The translations under genes were made by a program, and so were the position numbers. The notes beneath the pieces are model-generated. The model made no database searches, was not told the DNA's origin, and saw only the letters and a list, made by a program, of their open reading frames with translations. DNA of 10,082 nt from Atribacterota bacterium (GTDB taxonomy: Bacteria > Atribacterota > Phoenicimicrobiia > Phoenicimicrobiales > Phoenicimicrobiaceae): assembly GCA_038203565.1 (NCBI GenBank), contig JBBRDV010000052.1, forward strand, positions 1-10,082, given 5' to 3'. This document shows, one piece after another, positions 1 through 8,183 of this stretch (positions are counted from its first letter, which is position 1; each line of letters opens with the position of its first letter).

Positions 1-741
1 GGTTGGCCTGATTGGATTTTCGAACAAGCTCTTGCCATTCATGACCATCTTTACGCAGATAATGATAATGGACGATCCGGCTTAGCGACAAAAGTTGTCT
101 TTAACGATGATTTTGGCCATATGATCTTTGATACCTGGACCAGGCTGCACGATAAGGGAATTTATATCTTTGGTGGAGCAGAGTACGATGCAAACTCAGC
201 TTTTATTTCTGGTCAAATTGCTATGCTTATTCAGTCTACTTCATCACTGGCTGGCATTATTAAAGCTTCTGAATTTAAGGTCGGTACCAGCTTCTATCCG
301 CGTTTCGAAGGATATCCGGTAGGAAACTCTATTATCGGAGGCGGAAGCCTTTGGGTTACCAAAGGACAAAGCGAAGAAGAACTCCGCGCTGTTTGGGAAT
401 TCCTTAAATATCTTGGCCAAAAAGATATTGCTATCCAGTGGCACAAAGGTACCGGATACTTTCCGGTGAGCGGAGCCGCACTTAAAACTTTATTAGACGA
501 GGGTTGGTTCTCGGAAGATCAAGCCTACCTCACTGCTTTCCTTCAGATCCTTTCCGGTAAACGGGATACTGCAGCATCCACCGGAGTCCGTTTAGGACCT
601 TTTGTAGCCATGAGAGAAGATCTTGTTTCTGGTTTAGAAAAAGCACTTGCTGGTGATCTTTCTCCGAAAGATGCTTTAAATGAAGCGGCAGAAAAAATGA
701 ACCTAAAATTAAAAGACTACTTAGAACTACACGGCAAATAA
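1..741 (+). CDS. ugpB: ABC transporter solute-binding protein, UgpB-like (5'-partial)
   Basis: Frame is open from base 1 (GWPDWIFEQALAIHDHLYADNDNGRSGLATKVVFNDDFGH, then the 121..741 ORF), so the ATG at 121 is internal. UgpB-like motifs: ADNDNGR, NSIIGGGSLWV, WEFLKYL, WHKGTGYFPV, GVRLG, PKDALNEA. The actual substrate is unproven. Confidence 0.85.
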   Translation, partial: GWPDWIFEQALAIHDHLYADNDNGRSGLATKVVFNDDFGHMIFDTWTRLHDKGIYIFGGAEYDANSAFISGQIAMLIQSTSSLAGIIKASEFKVGTSFYPRFEGYPVGNSIIGGGSLWVTKGQSEEELRAVWEFLKYLGQKDIAIQWHKGTGYFPVSGAALKTLLDEGWFSEDQAYLTAFLQILSGKRDTAASTGVRLGPFVAMREDLVSGLEKALAGDLSPKDALNEAAEKMNLKLKDYLELHGK

Positions 742-752
742 AAGTATACCGT

Positions 753-791
753 ACTACGGGAGCAAGTTTAATGATTGTTCCCGTAGTTTTT
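753..791 (+). terminator. Intercistronic stem-loop with T tract (terminator-like or mRNA-stabilising)
   Basis: ACTACGGGAGCAA (753-765), 9-nt loop, TTGTTCCCGTAGT (775-787): 13-bp stem with one G-U pair, followed by TTTT. This position between SBP and permease genes is typical of ABC operons. Confidence 0.75.
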
Positions 792-820
792 AAACCCCTG
801 ATGTACTAAAAGGAGAAGGA

Positions 821-1714
821 ATGAACGAAGATAAATTTCCCGGACACAAATTTTTACCTTATATACTCATTGCTCCTTCTATTGCGGTAATTATAATTTT
901 TTTGATCGGTCCTTTTATTCAAAGTGTATATACATCTTTTTTTGTATCAACAACATTTGGCACGAACACTATCTTTGTTGGGCTGCGCAATTATATTCGC
1001 TTATTTACTTCCCCAGACTATCTGAACAGTGTTGTGGTTACTTTTAAGTTCGCAGCTTTTGTTATCATTGTCGGACTTTCTATTGCACTGGCCATTGCTC
1101 AATTGCTCAATCAGAAGATTAGAGGTGTAGGTTTTTATCAAATCGCTCTTATCTGGACTTACGCCATCTCTCCAACCATAGCTGGTGTTATTTGGGCTTC
1201 AATGTTTGCACCCTCTACCGGCCTTATCCCTTATATTATTTCTAAAATTTCTGGCGGGTATACCCTAAATTGGATGACCAACGGCCAGTTAGCGTTATTT
1301 ATTGTCGCTGCTGCTGCTACCTGGAAGATGTTGGGTTATAATATTATTTTTTTTCTGGCAGGCTTACAAAACGTGCCGGATGAATTTTTAGAAGCCGCCC
1401 AGATAGATGGCGCAAACCCCTGGAAGTCATTTTGGCGTATCACTTTTCCCCTGCTTTCCCCGACTACCAGCTTTTTATTATTTGTTAATATGCTTTATGC
1501 TTTTTTCCAGGTTTTTGGGTTGATTGATATTATGACACATGGTGGACCAGGAAATGCAACAGAAATTCTGGTTTACAAGTTATATCGTGATGGCTTTATT
1601 CATCTAAATACCGGATCTGCTTCAGCCCAATCTTTTATAATATTTTTTGTAATTTCTGTGGTAGCTATTATTCAATTGAGAATAGTTACCAGAAAAGCTA
1701 TTTATTCTCGGTGA
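821..1714 (+). CDS. ugpA: CUT1 ABC permease, UgpA-like
   Basis: 297 aa, hydrophobic; FVGLRNY, WKMLGYNIIFFLAGLQ, EAA loop EAAQIDGANPWKSFWRITFPLLSPT, THGGPGNATEILVYKLYRDGF. SD-like AGGAGAAGGA directly upstream. Confidence 0.9.
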   Translation: MNEDKFPGHKFLPYILIAPSIAVIIIFLIGPFIQSVYTSFFVSTTFGTNTIFVGLRNYIRLFTSPDYLNSVVVTFKFAAFVIIVGLSIALAIAQLLNQKIRGVGFYQIALIWTYAISPTIAGVIWASMFAPSTGLIPYIISKISGGYTLNWMTNGQLALFIVAAAATWKMLGYNIIFFLAGLQNVPDEFLEAAQIDGANPWKSFWRITFPLLSPTTSFLLFVNMLYAFFQVFGLIDIMTHGGPGNATEILVYKLYRDGFIHLNTGSASAQSFIIFFVISVVAIIQLRIVTRKAIYSR

Positions 1715-1725
1715 GGTAATATTTT

Positions 1726-2553
1726 ATGACAAGAAAAACTCGACAGGAAATTTTTATTCATGCCATACTTATTTTATTGGTTATCGTCCTGGCTTTTCCG
1801 GTATTTTTCGCTTTGGTTACCAGCACCTTAAGTTTACAGGAATCCTACCAATACCCGCCAAAACTTATACCGGGAAACCAATTTATGAACAATTTAAAAG
1901 AAGCTTGGGAACGAGTTAATATAGGGCGGCTCTTTTTTAATAGTACTTTGATTTCAGTAGTAGTAGCAATAGTGAAGACTATCCTGGCATTACTAGCTGC
2001 CTTCGCCTATACCCACTTTAAATTTCGCGGTCAAGGTCTCTTATTCTCTATATGTATGATCACCCAAATGCTTCCCCTCCCCGTCCGTATTATTCCAACT
2101 TATCAATTAATGGCCAGCTTCAACTGGATAAATTCTTACTATGCTCTTACGGTACCATTTTTTGCCAGCACAACCGGACTACTTCTTTTTCGGCAATTTT
2201 ATATGACTGTGCCTGCAGACCTTCCGGACGCTGCCCGGGTGGATGGGGCAGGCCCCATGCGATATTTCTGGCAAATTTTAATTCCTATCTCCAAGACTAA
2301 CATTGCTGCACTATTTGTTATAGAATTCATCTTTATGTGGAGTCAGTATCTATGGCCCTTAATTGTAACCACTACAAGGGAAATGCGGGTTATACAAATT
2401 GGTATTAAAATGCTTCTGGCCAGTGAGCAGATAGCCCCCGAGTGGAATGTTATCATGGCTGCCACGGTGATAGCTATGCTGCCTCCGCTTATAGTCCTTC
2501 TGGTTTTGCGGAAAAGCTTTGTTGAAGGAATTGCCATGCAAACAACTAAATAA
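1726..2553 (+). CDS. ugpE: CUT1 ABC permease, UgpE-like
   Basis: 275 aa; MLPLPVRIIPTY, LLFRQFYMTVP, EAA loop DAARVDGAGPMRYFWQILIPISKTNIAALFVI, QYLWPL. GAGGT SD overlaps the upstream stop. Confidence 0.9.
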   Translation: MTRKTRQEIFIHAILILLVIVLAFPVFFALVTSTLSLQESYQYPPKLIPGNQFMNNLKEAWERVNIGRLFFNSTLISVVVAIVKTILALLAAFAYTHFKFRGQGLLFSICMITQMLPLPVRIIPTYQLMASFNWINSYYALTVPFFASTTGLLLFRQFYMTVPADLPDAARVDGAGPMRYFWQILIPISKTNIAALFVIEFIFMWSQYLWPLIVTTTREMRVIQIGIKMLLASEQIAPEWNVIMAATVIAMLPPLIVLLVLRKSFVEGIAMQTTK

Positions 2554-2576
2554 AAAGAGTAAGGAGCAATTGCTAG

Positions 2577-3470
2577 ATGCGCACACAACTGAACTGTGCG
2601 AGTTGCATAATAGATGATTTGTGCGGTGCTTTACAGTTAGTACCTTTAGAGGAAAAAATTAAAAAGGAGATATTAAAGGAATCCTTTCAGTTCTTAGCTC
2701 GAGAGTTCTCCACAGAAAAAATTCCATCTTATTTCATCACTGAAGTTCATAGAATCTTAAAGAGGTTATCGGGAATCGAAATTCCTTTTAATGAAAGAAG
2801 GGACAAGTGTAATAAGCTTGGAATAGAAATGGCAGAAAAGATTGCTTTGGAAGCGGAGGGGCTGAAAGAATTTGAAAGATTTTCATTTTTGGTTAATTGG
2901 GCTATTGCCAGCAACCATCTTGATTTTCGGACAGTAGGAACCGGTTATGGTTTTCAAATGGCTGAAATAATAGAGGAACTTCGGGCCTGTGTTTCGGAAG
3001 GCCTAAGAATAGACCGGAGGGCTGAAATTTTCCAGATAGTTAAAAGCTCGCCTAAAATACTTTATATCCATGATAATGTCGGCGAAATTGCCTTTGATAA
3101 ATTACTGATTAAAGAGCTCAGAAGATATGGTGCTCAGGTAACCTCCGCCTTAAGAGGTGGACCTATAACTAGTGATGCCACTATAAAAGACGGAGAAACG
3201 GTAGGACTCCAAGAAGCTGCTTCAAAAATTATTTTAGCCGGACCCGACACACTGGGTATTTCTCTTCATGAAATGTCTGACCAGCTAAAACAGGAACTTC
3301 AGACTGCTGATCTGGTAATTGCCAAAGGCCAGGCAAATTATTATGCCTTGACCGAATACAGGTCGGAAGTGCCCGGAGAGATTGCCTGTCTTTTCAGAAC
3401 CAAATGTGAAATTGTCTCAAATGAGCTAGGAGAGACAGGAAAAATAAATGTAGCCATTTTACTACAGTAA
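2577..3470 (+). CDS. DUF89/ARMT1-like damage-control metal-dependent phosphatase
   Basis: N-terminal CxxC (CASC), AIASNHLDF, HDNVGEIAFD, RGGPITSDAT, DLVIAKGQANY, C-terminal TKC; AAGGAG SD at 2561-2566. Confidence 0.85.
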   Translation: MRTQLNCASCIIDDLCGALQLVPLEEKIKKEILKESFQFLAREFSTEKIPSYFITEVHRILKRLSGIEIPFNERRDKCNKLGIEMAEKIALEAEGLKEFERFSFLVNWAIASNHLDFRTVGTGYGFQMAEIIEELRACVSEGLRIDRRAEIFQIVKSSPKILYIHDNVGEIAFDKLLIKELRRYGAQVTSALRGGPITSDATIKDGETVGLQEAASKIILAGPDTLGISLHEMSDQLKQELQTADLVIAKGQANYYALTEYRSEVPGEIACLFRTKCEIVSNELGETGKINVAILLQ

Positions 3471-3472
3471 TT

Positions 3473-4609
3473 ATGGGACAATCGCCATCTTCAAATTTTT
3501 ATAATGAAGAAGGAAAAGGATTACCTTTTTTCCAAGGAGTTACTGATTTTAGTTATAAATATCCTAATGAAACTTTTTGGACAACCGTAGCTCCTAAAAA
3601 AGCTGAAATCAATGATGTTTTGTTTTCAGTTCGGGCACCAGTTGGCGATGTAAATATTGCAAATAAAAAATGCTGCATTGGTAGAGGTATTGCAGCTATT
3701 AGATCAAAAACAAATCAAATAGATTATTTATTAAAATATGAAAGTATAAAAATTCAAAGATTAGGGACTGGTGCTGTTTATGATGCTATAAAAAAAAGTG
3801 ACTTAGAAAATATTCTTCTAAATATTTTTGAAGATCCGAATTCACAATTTCAAGTTGGAAGTTTACTTGTTTTATATGACGACCTCATCGATACCAACTG
3901 CCGGCGGATACAGCTTTTGGAAGAAGTGGCGCGGCTTTTTTTCCGTGAATGGTTTGTGTATTTCCGCTTTCCGGGACATGAAAAAGTGAAATTAGTTGAT
4001 GGTGATGGAAGTAAAATACCTTCAGATTGGGATTATTTACCGTTTGCAAAGATAAAGATATTTAAGAAAGCTCCACTTGGTGTGCTAGTATTTACTGATA
4101 TCCGTCAATATTATCAAACTTCAGAAATAGATGGCACGACTATTACCGGGGATGGAGAAGAAGTTGATTATGAGAACAGACCAAGTCGGGCAAATATAGC
4201 ACCAGCAATTAATACAGTATATTTCGCAAAAATGAAGGATACAAATAAGGTCTTGTATTTTAACAAGGGAAATTCTTTTTTGCTTGAAAAAATATTGTTA
4301 TCAACCGGGATGGTTGGATTTACTACAGACGAAAAATATTTAGGCTTCTTGTTTAGTCTTTTGAAATCTTACGAATTTGTTCAATATAAAAATAATTTTG
4401 CAACAGGAGCCACACAGGTGTCTCTTAATAATGCCAGTTTAAAAAAAATCAAAGTGTTATTTCCTAAATTGAATTTAGTAGAGTTGTATTCTGAGATTGT
4501 TAATCCTTTACTTGAAAAATGCTCTCTATTAAAAAACCAAAACCAAAAACTTGCCCAAGCGCGGGATTTATTATTGCCGCGGCTGATGAGCGGCGAGATT
4601 GAGGTATAA
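3473..4609 (+). CDS. hsdS: Type I R-M specificity subunit HsdS, probably 5'-truncated
   Basis: TRD1 motifs MGQSP, LPFFQG, SVRAPVG, CIGRGIAAIR; central conserved spacer YDDLIDTNCRRIQLLEEVARLFFREWFVYFRFPGHE..IPSDW; second TRD; C-terminal LAQARDLLLPRLMSGEIEV. It starts at MGQSP, normally an internal motif, and has no obvious SD. Confidence 0.88.
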   Translation: MGQSPSSNFYNEEGKGLPFFQGVTDFSYKYPNETFWTTVAPKKAEINDVLFSVRAPVGDVNIANKKCCIGRGIAAIRSKTNQIDYLLKYESIKIQRLGTGAVYDAIKKSDLENILLNIFEDPNSQFQVGSLLVLYDDLIDTNCRRIQLLEEVARLFFREWFVYFRFPGHEKVKLVDGDGSKIPSDWDYLPFAKIKIFKKAPLGVLVFTDIRQYYQTSEIDGTTITGDGEEVDYENRPSRANIAPAINTVYFAKMKDTNKVLYFNKGNSFLLEKILLSTGMVGFTTDEKYLGFLFSLLKSYEFVQYKNNFATGATQVSLNNASLKKIKVLFPKLNLVELYSEIVNPLLEKCSLLKNQNQKLAQARDLLLPRLMSGEIEV

Positions 4610-4612
4610 ATT

Positions 4613-5650
4613 ATGAAAAAGAATAAACAAATTGTTCTACAAAACAGCTTTACGGAATTTTTACTCTACACTACGCCAAACGGCAAGGTGAAAGTGGAGA
4701 TATTTTTGCGCGATGAAAATGTCTGGCTTACACAAGCAAAGATTGCTGAACTATTCGATATAGATCGCTCCGTTATCACCAAACACCTCAAAAATATCTT
4801 TGAAAGCGGCGAATTGCAGGAAGATTCAGTATGTGCAAATTTTGCACATACTGCCGCGGACGGCAAGACCTATCAAACAAAATTTTATAATCTCGATGCT
4901 ATAATATCTGTAGGCTATCGGGTAAATTCGCAGAGAGCTACACATTTCCGTATATGGGCTACACAGGTGCTCAAAGAGTATATTATTAAGGGCTTTGCCA
5001 TGGATGACGAACGGCTGAAAAATCCCAACAACATTTTCGGCAAAGATTATTTTGAAGAGCAACTGGCGCGCATCCGTGATATTCGCTCAAGCGAACGTAG
5101 ATTTTATCAGAAGATCACCGATATTTATGCGCAGTGCAGCGCCGACTATGATCCGAACGAATCAATCACCAAACAATTTTTTGCCACCGTGCAGAACAAA
5201 CTTCATTTTGCAATTTCCGGCCAACCGGCGGCAGAAATTATTTACCAAAGAACCAGTAGTAAAAAAACAAATATGGGCTTAACTACTTGGAAAAATACAC
5301 CTAAAGAAGCTATTAGAAAAACCGATGTAAGTATCGCCAAAAATTATCTGGATGAAAAAGAATTGAACCTGCTCAATCGGATTGTAACCATGTACCTTGA
5401 TTATGCCGAAATGCAAGCACAAAAAGGTATTGTGATGTACATGAAGGATTGGGTAGCCAAGCTTGATGCTTTTCTGCGATTTAATGAAGAGGATATCTTG
5501 CAGGACAGTGGCAAGGTTGGCCATGATGTAGCGGTCGCTTTAGCGGAGAAGGAATATGAAAAGTATCGGGTTATTCAAGATCGCCTAATAGAATCCGATT
5601 TTGACCGGGAAGTTAAAAAATTGCTTAATTCAAAGAAGAAGAAAATATGA
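4613..5650 (+). CDS. rhuM: Virulence RhuM-family putative DNA-binding protein, intact
   Basis: 345 aa; WLTQAKIAELF..ITKHLKNIFESGEL (HTH-like), YNLDAIISVGYRVNS.RAT.FR.WAT..LKEYIIKGFAMDDERLK, RIRDIRSSERRFYQKITDIYA, FFATVQNKLHFA, C-terminal SDFD. GAGGT SD at 4601-4605. Confidence 0.9.
   Translation: MKKNKQIVLQNSFTEFLLYTTPNGKVKVEIFLRDENVWLTQAKIAELFDIDRSVITKHLKNIFESGELQEDSVCANFAHTAADGKTYQTKFYNLDAIISVGYRVNSQRATHFRIWATQVLKEYIIKGFAMDDERLKNPNNIFGKDYFEEQLARIRDIRSSERRFYQKITDIYAQCSADYDPNESITKQFFATVQNKLHFAISGQPAAEIIYQRTSSKKTNMGLTTWKNTPKEAIRKTDVSIAKNYLDEKELNLLNRIVTMYLDYAEMQAQKGIVMYMKDWVAKLDAFLRFNEEDILQDSGKVGHDVAVALAEKEYEKYRVIQDRLIESDFDREVKKLLNSKKKKI
4827..4853. repeat. Perfect 27-bp palindrome inside the rhuM-like CDS
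   Basis: CAGTATGTGCAAA-T-TTTGCACATACTG: the 13-bp arms are exact reverse complements around a 1-nt centre. Confidence 0.97.
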
Positions 5651-8030
5651 AGTATTTAAACGAAGACACTTTAGTTCAAAAAACCACTACCGATTACTTA
5701 AAAAGTAGTCTTAGTTGGAATTCGGTATATGCCCATAACCAGGAAACCTTTGGCCCGAATGGCCTATTGGGCAGAAATTCCGACCGTGAGGTGGTGCTCA
5801 CGCGTTACCTCAAGCAAGCCCTTAAAAAATTTAATCCCCATCTTCCTGAAACCACCTACGATGAAGGCGTACGTCAATTGGTGGATATGGAAACTCTTCT
5901 GAAGGGTATTTGCGACCAGAAAAATTTCATGGATATCTTCGAAAACTTCATTGTCTATGACGATTCCAGCGGTAAACAAATAAAAGTGCTGGCGAAAAAT
6001 CACCAGTATCTGGGTGTTAATCAAGTTATTAAAGCCCTGAATGACCCCCAAAGAGTTAAAGGAAAACTCGGCGTTTTCTGGCATACGCAAGGTGCCGGGA
6101 AAAGTTATTCCATGGTGTTTTTTACTACCAAGGTGCACCGTAAAATAGGCGGCAATTATACTTTCTTAATCTGCACTGATCGTGATGATCTGGATACCCA
6201 AATATATAAAACCTTTGCCGGATGCGGTGTGGCCGATAACGACAGAACACCCTGCCGGCCCAGCAGCGGCAGACATTTAGCAGAACTCATGAGTCAACGA
6301 AAGGCCTATGTTTTTACCACTATTCAAAAATTCAATCAAGAAGTTGACCCGGATGAAGGCTACACCAGGCGAGATGACATTATTGTGATCACCGACGAAG
6401 CGCACCGCACTCAATACGGCACTCTTGCCTTAAATATGCGCAATGCCTTACCAAAGGCTAACTTTATTGGGTTTACGGGAACACCGTTATTTAAAGATGA
6501 TCAGATTACAATGCAAGTCTTTGGTGATTATGTTTCCACTTATGACTTTCAGCGGTCAGTAGAAGATAAATCTACCGTACCGCTCTATTACGATTCACGA
6601 GGCGATACTCTGGGCGTAGCCACCAACGATATCAATGAGCGGATTGCCGAAAAATTGGAAGAAATTGAAATTAATGATATCGATGTTAGTCAGCGGTTGG
6701 AAAGAGAGCTGAAGCGCGAGTATCACATCATCACTGCCGAAAAACGTCTTAATCAAATTGCCAGAGATTTTGTCCAGCACTATACCACTTCTTGGGAGGC
6801 CGGCAAGGCGATGTTAGTGTGCATTGATAAATTAACCTGTGTGCGGATGTATGAATTGATCAGGCAATACTGGGATCAAAAAGCAGAGGAAGTCAGAGAA
6901 TCCTGGAACATGGCGGCGGGAGAAAAGAGGGAGCATTTTTCTAATCAACTTATCTGGATGAAAGGAACCAAGATGGCAGTAATTGTGTGCGAAGAGCAGG
7001 GCGAGGTAGATAAGTTTAGAAAATGGGGTTTCGATATTATACCCCATCGGCGACTTATTAAGCATGGCTTTGAACTCTCCGATGGAACGCGAATTGATGT
7101 AGATTCTGCTTTTAAGAAAGATGGACATCCCTTTAGAATTGCCATAGTTGCGCGATGTGGCTCACTGGGTTTGATGTACCGAGTTTGGCAAACCTTTATT
7201 TGGACAAGCCACTCAAAGCCCATACCCTGATGCAGGCGATTGCCCGCGCCAACCGAGTGAACGGCGATAAAAACAATGGTCTGATTATCGATTATTGCGG
7301 CATCCTCAAGAATTTACGCAAAGCACTGGCAACCTTTACCGGTACAGCTGATACTGGCAGAATAGGCGGAGGCGGCCTGAGGCCGGGTGAATTGGATCCA
7401 ACCAGAACCAAAGAAGAATTACTCGAGAATCTTAGGGAAACGATTAGTTTAGTAAGTGATTTTCTCAATGAGCGAAAAGCGCCGCTTGAAGCAATCATCA
7501 ATACTAGCGGATTTGAGAGAAATAAGGCGATCGTCGCGGCTAAAGAAGCGGTGAACGAAAATGATGAAACCAGAAAGAAGTTTGAAGTCATGTGCCGTGA
7601 AGTATTTATTAAATTTAAAGCGTGTCTCACCATTCCCGGAATAAATGCTTATCATAACCAATACAACGCGATAAATATTATCTACAAAAGTTTACAAAAA
7701 GACATTGAACGAGCAGATATCAGCGATATCATTAAAATGTTGCATAAAATTATTGATGAGTCGATTACCGTGAAGCAGGACAAAGGCAAAGAACCCAACA
7801 AGTCATAGAAAGAAAAATTGAAGGGTCTGTATAAGTGGCAGGATAGAGAGCCTACAAGAGATGGTGTAAAGGTTCTAATTCAAAATTTCTTGTGGGATGA
7901 AAAAACCGGGTTACCTGTAGAGTATTACACTCAAAAGGATGTATATAAAAAAACCGAAGCCGTTTTTTATCATGTATTTCGTGCATACCCGACGGTGCCT
8001 TCACCGTACTATGCCTCAGTAGCAAGTTAG
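5647..8030 (+). pseudogene. hsdR: Type I R-M restriction subunit HsdR, disrupted
   Basis: Three ORF pieces (5647..7230, 7155..7808, 7818..8030). Walker [49 protein letters not shown]-terminal AYPTVPSPYY. Frameshift near 7149, in-frame TAG at 7806-7808, and no PD-(D/E)xK nuclease motif before Walker A. Start overlaps the rhuM stop (ATGA). Confidence 0.9.
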
Positions 8031-8183
8031 GGAGTGGTATAGGGGAGTACATCCCATTTTTTTCTAATTAATATTTAACTTTTTAAATTAGATAGATAGG
8101 GGAAGCTCCCTGACGGGAATGTCATAAGGAAGGTTCTATTGACAATCTAAAAGAAGCGCAGAAATCAGAATTTATTACTCTAT

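Noticed and set aside
2565..2600. AGCAATTGCT palindrome and CGCACA..TGTGCG repeat around the DUF89 start
   Set aside because: Arms of 5-6 bp are expected by chance in 10 kb.
3790..4448. A8 tracts in hsdS (3790-3797, 4441-4448) as phase-variation sites
   Set aside because: Short, in frame and expected in very AT-rich DNA.
3473..4609. hsdS shufflon or invertible TRD system
   Set aside because: Only one hsdS, no long inverted repeats and no recombinase in the window.
7818..8030. 70-aa ORF as an independent gene
   Set aside because: It is in frame with the upstream hsdR piece and reads as the HsdR C-terminus.
128..8052. Short alternative-frame and antisense ORFs overlapping the main genes
   Set aside because: They lie within well-supported CDSs and show no family motifs; 4666..4866 is useful only as a readout of the palindrome.
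8043..8063. GGGA-GTACA-TCCC followed by a T7 tract as a terminator after hsdR
   Set aside because: The stem is only 4 bp; plausible but too weak to call.
8139..8170. TTGACA as a -35 element
   Set aside because: No acceptable -10 hexamer at 16-18 nt spacing.
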